A stretch of DNA of 64,000 bases from Geopsychrobacteraceae bacterium (GCA_963676795.2 CAXXTB010000001.1:416001-480000); one strand, 5' to 3'; counted from the first letter of the stretch, positions 10,154 to 21,320 are shown. Notes: a model not told the origin generated them from the sequence alone. A program made the numbers and translations.

Positions 10154-10216
10154 GCCCCCCCCTCAATCCCCCCGTATTTCATAGGGGAGAAGCGAGTCCA
10201 GCGAGCAGGGAGGTAT
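10154..10216 (+). repeat. ~61-bp C/G-tract palindromic repeat (copy 2 of 3)
   Basis: CCCCCCTCAATCCCCCC...ATAGGGGAGAAGCGAG...GCGAGCAGGGAGGTAT, homologous to 43617-43677 and 3866-3926. Confidence 0.8.
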
Positions 10217-10248
10217 TTCCTCTTTTTCCGTGTCTCCGTGGTTCAGTT

Positions 10249-11169
10249 TTATGCTTTTGCTTTCTCCCCCAGATCAAGCAGGCTCTGGAGCATCGCAATC
10301 CGCGGCATCGCAATGCCCTTGGCTGCGGCCTGCCGGATCGGTTCCCCGTAGATGGCGTCGAGTTCCAGCGGACGGCCCAGCTCACGATCGATCTGCATGC
10401 TCGGTTTGTAGTTGTTGAGGTTGTCGCTAAAGGCGATCACCTGATCGCAGTACGTCTCCGCGTCGATCTTTTTCTGGATGGGCTGAGCGTTGGCCCCGGC
10501 AATCACCTCTCGCATCAGATCCCGGATCAGTTGGCGGCTCGGCTGGTGGGCCAGAACCTCGCTGACATTCTTCTGCATCAGGGCGCAGACGCCGTTGAAG
10601 GGGATGTTCCAGACCAATTTTTCCCAGCGGATCCTGCGCAGGTCGTCGACCGCACGGCAGGGGACACCCGCCTGGTTGAACAGCTCGGCAAAACCGTGGC
10701 AGCGTTCACTGGCTTTCCCGGCGAATTCCCCGAGGGCGATGCGTCCTTCACCGAGATGGTGGACAATCCCCGGCTTGCCCCGGTTGCTGCACAGGTAGGC
10801 GACGCCCCCCAGGGTTTTCTCAGGTCCGAAATGGTCAGCCAGCAGCTCTTCGTTGCCAAGGCCGTTTTGCAGGGTCAGCAGGGCGGTATCGGGTCCGACC
10901 AGCGGGGCGACCATCTCTGGCAGGTGATCATTGGCAAAGGTCTTGAGGCCGATAATGACCAGATCTGCGCTGCCGATTTCTTCCGTGTGTCTGTAACACT
11001 TGACCTGATCGAGGTGAAAGTCACCATTGACCGAGTTGATCTGAAGGCCGTTGGCCTTGACCGCGTCATATTCTCGACGCATCAGGAAATGGACATCGGC
11101 ACCGTTGCGCTGCAGCATGGCACCGTAATAAAGCCCCAGAGCACCGGAGCCAACTATCGCAATTTTCAT
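10249..11169 (-). CDS. panE: 2-dehydropantoate 2-reductase (ketopantoate reductase family)
   Basis: GSGALG Rossmann motif, LQNGLG, WEKLVWN, PSMQID...LE; ATG at 11169 has a GGGAG SD. Confidence 0.88.
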   Translation of the reverse strand: MKIAIVGSGALGLYYGAMLQRNGADVHFLMRREYDAVKANGLQINSVNGDFHLDQVKCYRHTEEIGSADLVIIGLKTFANDHLPEMVAPLVGPDTALLTLQNGLGNEELLADHFGPEKTLGGVAYLCSNRGKPGIVHHLGEGRIALGEFAGKASERCHGFAELFNQAGVPCRAVDDLRRIRWEKLVWNIPFNGVCALMQKNVSEVLAHQPSRQLIRDLMREVIAGANAQPIQKKIDAETYCDQVIAFSDNLNNYKPSMQIDRELGRPLELDAIYGEPIRQAAAKGIAMPRIAMLQSLLDLGEKAKA

Positions 11170-11286
11170 CTGTTTCTCCCGCACAGTAGTAAACGGCTGA
11201 ATTCATAGCATAACCCGGCAGAGGATTCCACAGAAAGAGCATCTGTCATTTTCTGTTATGAATCAGGACTTTACATTAATGAAGAT

Positions 11287-11315
11287 TTGACCGGAAGGTT
11301 GCCCTGTGATAGTAT
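11287..11315 (+). promoter_or_regulatory. Sigma70-type promoter for carD
   Basis: TTGACC-17 nt-TAGTAT with TG extended -10. Confidence 0.6.
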
Positions 11316-11343
11316 CGACAGATCTGGGAAAAGGAGTAGTGCT

Positions 11344-11823
11344 TTGTTTGAGATAGGTGATATGGCAGTTTACCCGACTCAAGGGGTCGGGGTTATTGAA
11401 GACATCGAGGTTCGCGAGTATTCCGGGCTAACACAAAAATTCTACATTCTGAGAATCGTCGACAGCGACATGAAGATCATGGTTCCGGTCGGTAATGCAG
11501 GAAACGTCGGTCTGCGCCATCTGATCGATCAGCAGCGCATCACCGGCATCTTTGATGCTCTGGCCGAGCCTCAGGACAACGGCAAGATTGCTTCCTGGAG
11601 CCGTCGCCAGCGTGAGTACAACGATAAGCTGAAAACCGGCGATCTTTTTGATGTCGCGGATGTCCTTCGTGAACTTTATCAGATCAGTTCCGAAAAGGAA
11701 CTCTCCTACGGCGAGAAGAAAGTCCTCGAGCAGGCCCGCAAACTGCTGGTGACCGAAGTCGCCCTGGCCGAAGGCGCCAAGGAAGATCAGGTTGTCACTC
11801 GCCTGGAAAATATTTTTCACTGA
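11344..11823 (+). CDS. carD: CarD-family transcriptional regulator (CdnL/CarD)
   Basis: FEIGDMAVYPTQGVGVI, WSRRQRE and LSYGEKK motifs; TTG start with AGGAG SD; upstream of ispD-ispF. Confidence 0.9.
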   Translation: MFEIGDMAVYPTQGVGVIEDIEVREYSGLTQKFYILRIVDSDMKIMVPVGNAGNVGLRHLIDQQRITGIFDALAEPQDNGKIASWSRRQREYNDKLKTGDLFDVADVLRELYQISSEKELSYGEKKVLEQARKLLVTEVALAEGAKEDQVVTRLENIFH

Positions 11824-11850
11824 TCGTTCAGTCGAATAACATGCGTTTTC

Positions 11851-11890
11851 GAAAAGACCGGGTACTAGGCTTCTAGTGTCTGGTCTTTTC
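11851..11890 (+). terminator. Hairpin/terminator after carD
   Basis: GAAAAGACCGG...CTGGTCTTTTC stem followed by a T-rich tract. Confidence 0.55.
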
Positions 11891-11925
11891 ATTTCTTTCT
11901 CTCCACCCTGCTATAACGGTTTGAT

Positions 11926-12639
11926 ATGAAAGCAATCGTTCTGATACCCGCAGCAGGAACCGGCAGCCGCATGGGAGCCTCGGTCAGCAAGCAATATCTG
12001 GAGCTGGCTGGAAAGCCGATTCTGGCCCATACCCTCGAACTGTTTGAACATCACCCGCAGGTTGAAGCCGTCTATCCGATCGTGCCGTCAGCTGATATAG
12101 ATTTCTGCCAGTACAGCATCATCGATCGCTATGGCTTCGACAAGGTTCCTCGGTTGATCGGTGGCGGAGCTCAACGTCAGGATTCGGTCGCCAACGGCCT
12201 CAAGGCGCTGGCCGAGGACGGCTTTGGTCAGCCGGACCGACCGGTTCTGGTTCATGACGGAGCCCGACCGCTGTTCGATACCTCGCTGCTGGACAGCTTT
12301 CTGGCGACGGTCAAACAGCAAGGTGCGGCTATCGTTGCGGTTCCGGCCAAGGATACGATCAAGGTTGTCAACGACGGAATCATCACCAGGACCCTTGATC
12401 GTTCTCTGCTCTGGCAGGCTCAGACCCCGCAGGGGGGGCGCTTTGAGCTATTACGACGGGCTTTTGATGAGGCAGAAAATGCGGGGTTTTACGGCACCGA
12501 CGAAGCTTCACTTCTGGAACGTGGCGGCTTAAACGTGGCCGTTGTCACCGGAGATTATTCTAATATCAAGGTCACAACCCCGGAAGATCTGCTGATCGCC
12601 GCGGCTTTGCTTGACAGTTTCAGGGAGAAATCGGCATGA
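11926..12639 (+). CDS. ispD: 2-C-methyl-D-erythritol 4-phosphate cytidylyltransferase
   Basis: [27 protein letters not shown] and [10 protein letters not shown] motifs. Confidence 0.95.
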   Translation: MKAIVLIPAAGTGSRMGASVSKQYLELAGKPILAHTLELFEHHPQVEAVYPIVPSADIDFCQYSIIDRYGFDKVPRLIGGGAQRQDSVANGLKALAEDGFGQPDRPVLVHDGARPLFDTSLLDSFLATVKQQGAAIVAVPAKDTIKVVNDGIITRTLDRSLLWQAQTPQGGRFELLRRAFDEAENAGFYGTDEASLLERGGLNVAVVTGDYSNIKVTTPEDLLIAAALLDSFREKSA

Positions 12640-13151
12640 TGCGCATCGGTCACGGCTATGACGTTCACAGATTGGTTGCTGACAGACCGCTCATCCTCGG
12701 CGGTGTCTGTATCGAATATGAAAAGGGGCTGCTCGGTCATTCCGATGCCGATGTCCTGATGCACGCGGTCTGCGATGCTATCCTCGGGGCTTTGGGACTT
12801 GGCGATATCGGTAAGCATTTTCCGGACAGCAGCGCCGAGTTTGCCGGGATCGACAGTCGTATTCTGCTGCGTAGGGTGATTGAACAGATGGCACAGAATG
12901 GTTATGTCATCGGCAATCTTGACACGACGATCATCTGCCAAAAACCGAAACTGGCCGGACATATTGCAGGGATGATCAGCAATATCGCCGCCGATTGTCG
13001 CTGCGACTCTGCTAGAATCAATGTCAAGGCAACGACGACCGAGACGCTCGGTTTCTGCGGTCGTGGAGAGGGGATCGCCGCTGAAGCGGTGGTTCTGTTG
13101 AACAGGGATCAAAAACGTCAGGCGGCACGCCTGGCGACAATTACAGGATAA
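12636..13151 (+). CDS. ispF: 2-C-methyl-D-erythritol 2,4-cyclodiphosphate synthase
   Basis: [25 protein letters not shown] and NVKATTTE motifs. Confidence 0.96.
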   Translation: MMRIGHGYDVHRLVADRPLILGGVCIEYEKGLLGHSDADVLMHAVCDAILGALGLGDIGKHFPDSSAEFAGIDSRILLRRVIEQMAQNGYVIGNLDTTIICQKPKLAGHIAGMISNIAADCRCDSARINVKATTTETLGFCGRGEGIAAEAVVLLNRDQKRQAARLATITG

Positions 13152-13168
13152 AGCGGGAGTTACCGAAG

Positions 13169-14830
13169 ATGAGCGCAACTGAAACACCTGTCAGCTCGAA
13201 TTTTATTCGCACCATCGTCAATGAAGATCTGGCCAGCGGAAAACGTGATAAGGTCATCACCCGCTTCCCGCCGGAGCCGAACGGCTATCTGCATATTGGT
13301 CATGCCAAGAGCATCTGTCTGAACTTCGGTCTGGCCCAGGAATACAATGGCCGCTGTCACTTGCGTTTCGACGATACCAATCCGAGCAAGGAAGAGGACG
13401 AGTTTGTCGAGGCGATCAAAGAGGATGTCAGCTGGCTCGGTTTCGACTGGGGCGAACATCTCTACTTTGCCTCCGATTATTTCGATCAGCTCCACGCCTG
13501 GGCGGTGCAGCTGATCGAGGCCGGCAAGGCCTATGTCGACAGCCAGAGCGCTGAAGAGATGCGTATCAATCGCGGTACCCTGACGCAGCCCGGTACCGAC
13601 AGCCCCTATCGTGAGCGCAGTGTTGAAGAGAACCTCGAGCTGTTCGAAAAGATGAAGAATGGAGACTTTCCCGACGGAAGTCACATTCTCAGGGCGAAAA
13701 TCGACATGGCTTCGCCGAACATGAACCTGCGTGATCCGGCCATGTACCGCATCATGCACGCTCATCATCACCGCACCGGCGATAAGTGGTGCATCTACCC
13801 GATGTACGATTTCGCCCACGGCCAGGAAGATTCCATCGAAGGAGTAACCCATTCGATCTGTACCCTTGAATTCGAAGATCACCGCCCGCTCTACGAGTGG
13901 TTCATCAAGGAACTGAGCATCTTTGCCCCGCAGCAGATCGAGTTCGCCCGCCTCAACCTGAGCTACACGGTGATGAGCAAGCGCAAGCTTCTGCAGCTGG
14001 TCAACGACGGTCATGTTGCCGGCTGGGATGATCCGCGCATGCCGACCGTCTCAGGCCTGCGGCGCCGTGGCTATCCGGCGGCAGCGATCCGCACCTTCTG
14101 TGAACGGATTGGTGTCGGCCGCAGCTCCAACTGGATCGATCTGTCGGTGCTGGAGGAATGTGTTCGTGAAGAACTCAATGAAACCGCGTTCCGGCGCATG
14201 GCGGTCCTCGATCCGCTCAAGGTGACGATCACCAACTACGACCAGGTCGAGATGCTCGATGCGCCGAACCACCCGCAGAAGCCGGAGCTCGGTAGCCGCA
14301 CTCTGCCGATGAGCAAGGAGCTGTGGATCGACCGTGAGGACTTCATGGAAGATCCGCCGTCACCGAAGAAATACTTTCGCCTGGGGCCTGATCGTGAAGT
14401 GCGCCTGCGCAATTCCTACATCATCAAGTGCAACGAGTTCGTCAAGGACGAGAATGGTGAAATCGTTGAACTGAAATGTACCGCTGATCTCGACACCCTG
14501 GGCAAGAACCCGGAAGGACGCAAGGTCAAGGGGATCATCCACTGGGTTTCTGCCGAGCATGCAGTCGAGGTTCCGGTCCGTCTCTATGACCGGCTGTTCA
14601 GCCAGGAAAATCCGGACAAGGCCGAGAACTACCTGGCGGCACTGAATCCTGAATCCTTGACGGCAATGACGATTCAGGCCGAGCCGAGCCTGCTTGAGGC
14701 CAAAGCCGAAGAGACCTTTCAGTTTGAACGGGTCGGCTATTTCACCGCCGATCGCAAGGATTCAAAAGAAGGCGCGCCGGTCTTTAACCGGACGGTTGGC
14801 CTTAAGGACACCTGGGCCAAGGAAAAGTGA
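13169..14830 (+). CDS. glnS: Glutamine--tRNA ligase
   Basis: [33 protein letters not shown] and FQFERVGYF motifs. Confidence 0.96.
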   Translation: MSATETPVSSNFIRTIVNEDLASGKRDKVITRFPPEPNGYLHIGHAKSICLNFGLAQEYNGRCHLRFDDTNPSKEEDEFVEAIKEDVSWLGFDWGEHLYFASDYFDQLHAWAVQLIEAGKAYVDSQSAEEMRINRGTLTQPGTDSPYRERSVEENLELFEKMKNGDFPDGSHILRAKIDMASPNMNLRDPAMYRIMHAHHHRTGDKWCIYPMYDFAHGQEDSIEGVTHSICTLEFEDHRPLYEWFIKELSIFAPQQIEFARLNLSYTVMSKRKLLQLVNDGHVAGWDDPRMPTVSGLRRRGYPAAAIRTFCERIGVGRSSNWIDLSVLEECVREELNETAFRRMAVLDPLKVTITNYDQVEMLDAPNHPQKPELGSRTLPMSKELWIDREDFMEDPPSPKKYFRLGPDREVRLRNSYIIKCNEFVKDENGEIVELKCTADLDTLGKNPEGRKVKGIIHWVSAEHAVEVPVRLYDRLFSQENPDKAENYLAALNPESLTAMTIQAEPSLLEAKAEETFQFERVGYFTADRKDSKEGAPVFNRTVGLKDTWAKEK

Positions 14831-14949
14831 AACGACCCTTTTCCGCAATCTCGTTGTCAGTCAGCGGTTTTGCTTGTGCGACGTAGCTAGCGCTACGCCT
14901 CCGCGCGAAACCTCGACTTCCTAGATATTGCGAAAAATTGCTCGTTTCA
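14828..14949. repeat. 122-bp MITE-like imperfect palindrome between glnS and cysS
   Basis: Perfect 8-bp terminal inverted repeat TGAAACGA/TCGTTTCA, inner pairing CGCAAT/ATTGCG, central hairpin CGTAGC-TAGC-GCTACG; homologous to 3830-3978. Confidence 0.75.
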
Positions 14950-14982
14950 GATACTTCGATCAATTAATAGGGAGAACCACCC

Positions 14983-16431
14983 ATGAGTTTGCGTGTTTAC
15001 AACACATTGAGCGGTAAGAAAGAAGAGTTCCAGCCTTTGACTCCCGGCAAGGTCGGCATGTATGTTTGCGGGGTTACCGTCTACGACTTCTGTCATATCG
15101 GCCACGCCCGGGCCAACATCGTTTTTGATGTAATTTACCGCTATCTCAAGTTCAGTGGTTTTGAGACCACCTATGTGCGCAACTTCACTGACGTCGATGA
15201 CAAGATCATCAATCGCGCCAACGAGCGGGGGATCTCCAGCAAGGAACTGTCGGAACAGTTTATCGACGAGTTCTATACCGACATGGACGCCCTCGGCATC
15301 GAACGTCCGTCCCATGAGCCGAAGGCGACCGAGTACATCGCTGAGATCATCGCCCTCTGCCAGACCCTGATCGGCAAGGGGATGGCCTACGAGTCCGGCG
15401 GGGATGTCTATTACAGCGTTGAGAAGTTTGATAACTACCTCAAGCTTTCCAAGCGTAATCTCGAAGAGATGCAGGCCGGTGCCCGTATCGCGCCGGGTGA
15501 GCAGAAGCGCAACCCGATGGACTTTGCCCTGTGGAAAGCGGCCAAGCCGGGTGAGCCGAGCTGGGAATCGCCCTGGGGGGCTGGTCGTCCGGGTTGGCAT
15601 ATCGAGTGTTCGGCGATGAGTTCGTCGCTGCTCGGTGACAGCTTCGATATCCATGGCGGCGGCCGCGATCTGATCTTCCCACATCACGAAAACGAGATCG
15701 CCCAGAGCGAAGGAGCGAGCGGTAAGCCGTTCGCAAAGTACTGGCTGCACAACGGCTTCGTCAACGTCAATCAGGAGAAGATGAGCAAGTCGCTGGGTAA
15801 CTTCTTCACCATCCGCGATATCCTCAAAAGCTACGATGCCGAGGTTGTGCGTTTCTTCATTCTGACCGCTCAGTACCGTTCACCAATCGATTTTTCCGAT
15901 CAGAACCTGATGGAGGCGCAGAGCGGTCTGAGCCGTTTCTACGAAGCGCTTGAAGCGGCTCACAAAGCAGTCGCGGGAATCGCCGAGTCGCAGGCAGAGA
16001 GCAGCGAAGGGGCCGAGCTGGAAGCGAAGTTCCGTGAAGCGATGGATGACGACTTCAACACTGCCCAGGCGATCGCTCATCTGTTTGAAGGGGTGCGAAC
16101 TCTCAACCGCCTGATCACAACCAAGAAGTTTGCCAAGCAGGCCGATCTGGTCGCCCAGGTGCGTGATCTGCATGCGACTATCCTGCGTCTTGGACAAGAG
16201 GTTCTCGGCCTGTTTGAATCGGAGCCTGCTGTCTGGCTCGAAAAGGTCAAAATGGCGGGGCTGGCCCAACTGAATATCACTGCTGAAGAGATTGAAGCGC
16301 AGATTCAGGCCCGTTTGCAGGCACGTCAGGAGAAGGATTTTGCCAAGTCGGATGAAATCCGTGACGCTCTGGCGGCAAGCGGTATCGAACTGCTTGACAG
16401 CCGTGAAGGGACAACCTGGAAACTCAAGTAA
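14983..16431 (+). CDS. cysS: Cysteine--tRNA ligase
   Basis: [28 protein letters not shown] and KMSKS motifs. Confidence 0.97.
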   Translation: MSLRVYNTLSGKKEEFQPLTPGKVGMYVCGVTVYDFCHIGHARANIVFDVIYRYLKFSGFETTYVRNFTDVDDKIINRANERGISSKELSEQFIDEFYTDMDALGIERPSHEPKATEYIAEIIALCQTLIGKGMAYESGGDVYYSVEKFDNYLKLSKRNLEEMQAGARIAPGEQKRNPMDFALWKAAKPGEPSWESPWGAGRPGWHIECSAMSSSLLGDSFDIHGGGRDLIFPHHENEIAQSEGASGKPFAKYWLHNGFVNVNQEKMSKSLGNFFTIRDILKSYDAEVVRFFILTAQYRSPIDFSDQNLMEAQSGLSRFYEALEAAHKAVAGIAESQAESSEGAELEAKFREAMDDDFNTAQAIAHLFEGVRTLNRLITTKKFAKQADLVAQVRDLHATILRLGQEVLGLFESEPAVWLEKVKMAGLAQLNITAEEIEAQIQARLQARQEKDFAKSDEIRDALAASGIELLDSREGTTWKLK

Positions 16432-16454
16432 GCTTGTATCATAGCCTTTAAAAA

Positions 16455-16857
16455 AATTCGGTTCTGCCCGTTGATGAGCTCGCTCATCTCCGGGCGTTTT
16501 CCGTTTGGCTGGCGTGAGCCGTTGCGGGGTGATGCGAACGGCTTACGCTAGTATTTAAACAGTTTTTTTGCCTACTTTTTCAACGCTGGGAAAAGTAGGT
16601 CGTCTGGCGGGACGAGACCCGCCGGTCTTGTTTTTTCAAGGTAAGTACAGAACAAAGGCAGAACCGCGGGGACGCGCCCCCGCACGGCGCCTTACTTTTG
16701 CCCGGAGCGGCAAAAGTAAGCAAAAACGCTCTTTTTATATGTCGCTGTTCTGCCTGCGTTGCTGAGTAGCTAAGCACCAGCGAGACGCCTCGCGCCCCAA
16801 GATGAGCGAGCTCATCAACGGGCAGAACCGGAAAAACTCCGCTGTGCGGAGTTTTGA
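16455..16857 (-). repeat. ~400-bp structured intergenic element, copy 1 (arm A + arm B), with 31-bp perfect inverted repeats
   Basis: CGGTTCTGCCCGTTGATGAGCTCGCTCATCT (16459-16489) is the exact reverse complement of 16800-16830; the whole element aligns in reverse to 62686-63092. Confidence 0.9.
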
Positions 16858-16902
16858 TTATTAGACACTATCAATTTCGTTTTATTGGAGCCATCAGTGT
16901 CG

Positions 16903-17811
16903 ATGGAAAATAAGACCTTACAAGCTGATCTTTTATTGCTGCTGACGGCGGCTATCTGGGGCTTTGCCTTTGTTGCCCAGCGTGTTGGCATGGACTATGT
17001 CGGTCCCTTCACCTATAACGCCGTGCGCTTTGCTCTTGGCAGCCTGTCGTTGTTGCCGCTGATCTGGTTCTTCGGTCGCCAGCGGCGCAGGGAACAGCCT
17101 GCACTGCCTAAGGCCGATGGTCGCACCCTGTTGGTTGGCGGCTGTCTGGCCGGTCTCCTGCTGTTTGCCGGATCCTCACTGCAGCAGGTCGGTCTGGTCT
17201 ATACCACGGCCGGAAATGCCGGATTCATCACCGGGCTTTATGTGGTTATGGTTCCGCTGTTCGGTCTGTTGTTCAGGCAGCGTCCGGCAGTCGGCACCTG
17301 GATCGGTGCGATTCTGGCCGTTATCGGCCTCTATTTCCTCAGTGTGACAGAAAGTTTGACAATTTCAAAAGGCGATTTTCTGGTTCTGCTCAGCGCTTTT
17401 TTCTGGGCGGCTCATGTCCTGCTGATCGGCTGGTTGTCGCCCAGGGTCAATTCCCTCAAGCTGGCTTCCGCCCAGTTTGCTATCTGTGCAGTCCTCAGTT
17501 TTCTCGTTGCGCTGAATCTTGAGGTTATCTCTCTCGCCGGAATCTGGCAGGGGTTGATTCCGATTCTCTATGGCGGTCTCTTTTCCGTCGGGGTTGCCTA
17601 CACCCTGCAGGTTGTCGCTCAGCGCCATGCCCATCCCGCTCACTCGGCGATTATTCTGAGTCTCGAAGGTGTTTTTGCCGCAATCGGCGGCTGGTTGATC
17701 CTTGGAGAAATTCTCGGTGGACGCGGGTTGCTCGGTTGTGCGCTGATGCTGGGGGGAATGATTCTTTCAGAATTATCCAGCTATCTGTTCAGGCCAAAGC
17801 TAAGAGCATAG
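16903..17811 (+). CDS. EamA/DMT family transporter
   Basis: IWGFAFVAQ, AGFITGLYVV, VAYTLQVVAQ and SLEGVFAA motifs. Confidence 0.9.
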   Translation: MENKTLQADLLLLLTAAIWGFAFVAQRVGMDYVGPFTYNAVRFALGSLSLLPLIWFFGRQRRREQPALPKADGRTLLVGGCLAGLLLFAGSSLQQVGLVYTTAGNAGFITGLYVVMVPLFGLLFRQRPAVGTWIGAILAVIGLYFLSVTESLTISKGDFLVLLSAFFWAAHVLLIGWLSPRVNSLKLASAQFAICAVLSFLVALNLEVISLAGIWQGLIPILYGGLFSVGVAYTLQVVAQRHAHPAHSAIILSLEGVFAAIGGWLILGEILGGRGLLGCALMLGGMILSELSSYLFRPKLRA

Positions 17812-17875
17812 TTGTGACAGAAAGCCGCGAGGACCCAGTTTATGTTCTCGCGGCGACAGATATAGCCACGTTGTT

Positions 17876-18196
17876 TCAACGTCCTGGAGGAACCCAGTCC
17901 ACGGTTTTCTGCACGGCAGCATCGATCTCTGCGGGGCTGAGCAGAACCGTGGTGGTGACTCTGACCACGCCACTGGCATTGGCAATCATCAGGCCGGCTA
18001 CAGCAGAGGCGTGATCCGGTATGTCGACGACGATGTAGAAATCGTTGCAACCAAACGCAAAATGGTAGGACTCCATTGTGCCACCCAGGGATTTGATCGC
18101 CCGTTTGGTCACTTCGACCCTCTTTGATCCTCCTTCTTTCATCAGCCCTTGCAGGCCTTTGTCGGTATAGGTTCCATGATACAGATATTTAGCCAT
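17876..18196 (-). CDS. GYD-domain small protein
   Basis: MAKYLYHGTYT..GLQGLMKEGGSKR..LGGTMESYHFAFGCND; GGAGG SD before ATG 18196. Confidence 0.75.
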   Translation of the reverse strand: MAKYLYHGTYTDKGLQGLMKEGGSKRVEVTKRAIKSLGGTMESYHFAFGCNDFYIVVDIPDHASAVAGLMIANASGVVRVTTTVLLSPAEIDAAVQKTVDWVPPGR

Positions 18197-18437
18197 GACC
18201 TGCCTCCATCGGCAAAGAGTTGAATGACTGTGGCACAGGTAAAGCCACCGCAAGGCGGCGGAGTATCAGGATGAAGTATGTTTTCTAGTTATTCTCTGAA
18301 AGTCTAGCCTAGTTTTCGATGAACACAAATTTTGTGCTACCTGTTGCAAAAGGGCCAGTTCTATGGTCCTGACTGCTGCCGGGCCCTTGAAATTGAACGA
18401 TTCTCTGTAATGCTTTAAGAACAAGCATCTGTTCCAG

Positions 18438-21170
18438 GTGGTTTCTTCAAACTTCAAGAGATGCGGAGGTCCCTTGCGAAAATTCCGCTTCCCCCATGCC
18501 GGTAAATGGCTGATCGCCATCATCCTGATCGCACTTTTCCTGCTCTGGAGATGCTCTGCTCTCCTGGTCGACTGGCTCTGGTTCAGCCAGCTCGGTTATC
18601 AGACGGTTTTCTACAGGCTTTTTCTAAGTAAATTGGTCCTGGGCATTGTGCCGGGGCTGATCGCGTTTGTCTTTTTTGCGCTCAACCTGAGGCTGGTGTT
18701 CAGAAAACTGACCAGCGTGAGCGAAGACAGGCAGAAAATAGAATACCTGTTCGGCCAGAAAATGGTCTGGCCCAGAAAGTATCTGCGTTGGGGGGAATGG
18801 TCGCTGGCTGCCTTCCTGGCGATCCCCTTTGCCCTTTCCTGCGCCCTGACCTGGGATGATTTTTTCCGGTTTGGCTGGGGCGGCGACATCGGTAGTCTCG
18901 ATCCGCTCTATGCCAAGGATATCGGTTTTTACCTGTTTCGCCTGCCGTTCTGGGAGGTTTTGCAGAACAGTTTTACCGGGCTCGCCTTTGTCGCATTCGC
19001 GCTGGTACTCGCCTTCAATTTTGCCGTCCTCTATGAACAGAGCGGCAGCCGGTGGGTGCGCCATCCGCAGGCCCTGATCAATCGTCAGCTGGTCGTGCTG
19101 TTCGTTCTCTTTCTGATCGGTTACGGCTGCGGTTTTTTCCTCGATCGCTATGAGCTGCTTTATTCAGCGGCAGGGGTGGTCTACGGGGCTGGTTACACCG
19201 ATCAGCAGATTGTCCGCTATGGCCTTTGGGTGATGGTCGGGGCGTCAAGTTTGCTGGCGCTGATTCTGATCGGTGCTTTTCTGGCCAGGCGGGTGATTGT
19301 CGGCATCTGGGCAGTTGGAGGTTATTTGGTTCTGATGCTGGCGGCCTTGACGGTCGTTCCGCTGGTGATTCAGAACTTAATGGTCGTGCCGAACGAGCTT
19401 GAGTTGGAGACCCCCTTTTTGCAGCGTGAAATCTCCATGACCCGGGCGGCCTACGGGATCAATGAGCTTGATGAGCTGTCTTACCCGGCACTTTCGGATC
19501 TGAAATGGACGGACATTCAGGAGAATCGGCAGACGCTCAGAAATATCCGCTTATGGGACTGGCGCCCTCTACTGCAGACCTTCCGCCAGTTACAGGAAAT
19601 AAGGCTTTACTACCAGTTTTATGAAGTCGATGCCGACCGCTATATGCTCGATGGTGATTACCGTCAGGTGATGATCTCAGCCCGTGAGCTGGCTGGTGAA
19701 CTGCCTGAGCGGGCCGATACCTGGGTCAATCGCACCTTGCAGTTTACCCATGGTTATGGCCTGGCGATGAGCCTTGCCGCTCAGGAAGGGGAGGAAGGGT
19801 CCCCGACCTTCCTGGTTCAGGATCTGCCACCGGTCACGAAGTACGATCTGGAGATCGACCAGGCGGGAATTTTCTATGGTGAAATGATGGCGGGCTATCG
19901 GATCGTCAACACCGGAGTTGAGGAATTCGATTATCCCAAGGGGGACGAAAACGTCTATACCCGCTACCAGGGCAAAGGAGGAATCCTTCTCGATTCCTTC
20001 TGGAAAAAACTGCTCTTTGCCTGGGAGTTCGGAGATATCAACATCCTGCTCTCCAGTTATCTGAATGACGAAAGCCGCATCCAGATCCGCCGTCAGGTTC
20101 AGCAGCGGGTTGCCAGGCTGGCTCCGTTCCTGAGACTGGATGCCGATCCCTACCTGGTACTCGCAGACAAAAGATTATGCTGGATACAGGATGCCTATAC
20201 CGTTTCGGACCGCTACCCCTATTCCGAACCTTACGGAAATCAGTTCAACTACATTCGCAATGCGGTCAAGGTTGTGGTTGATGCCTACGACGGCAGTGTT
20301 GCTTTTTATGCCGTCGAGCCGGATGACCCCATCCTCAAGGTTTATCAGCGGCTGTTTCCGGCGATGTTCAGGCCGCTCGGGCAGATGAGCGATGAGCTGC
20401 GCCGCCACCTGCGCTACCCGGAAGATCTGTTCCGTATCCAGGTGGAAAAATTCAATCGCTACCATATGAGGATCCCGCAGGTATTTTACAACAGCGAGGA
20501 TCTCTGGACCCTTCCCAGTGAGAAATATGCCGGGAACGCCATTGCCATGGAGCCCTATTACATTCTGATGCGCCTACCGGGGAAAGAACGCCTTGAGTTC
20601 CTGCTGATGCTGCCGCTCACCCCGCAGGGGCGGGACAACATGATCGCCTGGGTTGCGGCGCGCAGTGATCAGCCGGACTATGGCAAGCTGCTGGTCTACA
20701 AGCTGCCGAAGGAAAAGCTGATCCTCGGACCGATGCAGGTCGAGGCGATGATCGATCAGGATCCGACCATCAGCCGTCAGCTGTCGTTGTGGGATCAGCG
20801 CGGCTCCAAGGTCATTCGCGGCAACCTGCTGGTCATTCCGATCGGCCATTCCTTCATCTATGTCGAGCCGGTCTTCCTGATCGCTGAAGGGAACAACATT
20901 CCGCAGTTGCGTCGGGTCATCGTTGCCTATGGTGACAGGGTGGCCATGGAACCGAGCATTGACCAGGCGATAGCCTTCCTGTTCGGCCAGCAGATTGTCC
21001 GTGCGACGGACCAGCCTCAGTCCGTGGTCAGCCCCGCAGGGCAGGATTCTCTGCAGGAGGTGCGCGTCAATTTTGAAGCGGCCCAGCAAGCCCTGCAGAA
21101 CGGCGACTGGCAGGAATTCGGCCGGGCGATGGAGCGTCTGCAGCAGTATCTGGAACAGCAGGTGCCCTAA
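18438..21170 (+). CDS. UPF0182 family membrane protein
   Basis: DWLWFSQLGY, NIRLWD, FTHGYG, NYIRNAVKVVVDAYDG, RYPEDLF and VIRGNLLVIP motifs; start codon uncertain. Confidence 0.9.
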   Translation: MVSSNFKRCGGPLRKFRFPHAGKWLIAIILIALFLLWRCSALLVDWLWFSQLGYQTVFYRLFLSKLVLGIVPGLIAFVFFALNLRLVFRKLTSVSEDRQKIEYLFGQKMVWPRKYLRWGEWSLAAFLAIPFALSCALTWDDFFRFGWGGDIGSLDPLYAKDIGFYLFRLPFWEVLQNSFTGLAFVAFALVLAFNFAVLYEQSGSRWVRHPQALINRQLVVLFVLFLIGYGCGFFLDRYELLYSAAGVVYGAGYTDQQIVRYGLWVMVGASSLLALILIGAFLARRVIVGIWAVGGYLVLMLAALTVVPLVIQNLMVVPNELELETPFLQREISMTRAAYGINELDELSYPALSDLKWTDIQENRQTLRNIRLWDWRPLLQTFRQLQEIRLYYQFYEVDADRYMLDGDYRQVMISARELAGELPERADTWVNRTLQFTHGYGLAMSLAAQEGEEGSPTFLVQDLPPVTKYDLEIDQAGIFYGEMMAGYRIVNTGVEEFDYPKGDENVYTRYQGKGGILLDSFWKKLLFAWEFGDINILLSSYLNDESRIQIRRQVQQRVARLAPFLRLDADPYLVLADKRLCWIQDAYTVSDRYPYSEPYGNQFNYIRNAVKVVVDAYDGSVAFYAVEPDDPILKVYQRLFPAMFRPLGQMSDELRRHLRYPEDLFRIQVEKFNRYHMRIPQVFYNSEDLWTLPSEKYAGNAIAMEPYYILMRLPGKERLEFLLMLPLTPQGRDNMIAWVAARSDQPDYGKLLVYKLPKEKLILGPMQVEAMIDQDPTISRQLSLWDQRGSKVIRGNLLVIPIGHSFIYVEPVFLIAEGNNIPQLRRVIVAYGDRVAMEPSIDQAIAFLFGQQIVRATDQPQSVVSPAGQDSLQEVRVNFEAAQQALQNGDWQEFGRAMERLQQYLEQQVP

Positions 21171-21320
21171 ACCGTCGAAAGAATGATCAGATCAATAAAT
21201 TGGCATCTACTCGATAGGCTGGCGATGAAAGATTTTAGTCAGCCTTTTTTTATGCTACGATCATTTTTCGAGTGATTTTATCAACAACCTTTTGAGATTG
21301 TTTCTAGCATTCCAGGGATT

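Noticed and set aside
16568..16777. Short ORFs inside the repeat elements (also 40263-40765, 41490-42049, 63030-63212, 3850-4032)
   Set aside because: Frames, starts and lengths are not conserved between copies and indels are frequent; conservation tracks base pairing, not codons.
16455..16857. Interpretation as an intact insertion sequence or a T-box/riboswitch linked to cysS
   Set aside because: No transposase and no clear target-site duplication. The element is downstream of cysS and recurs next to unrelated genes.
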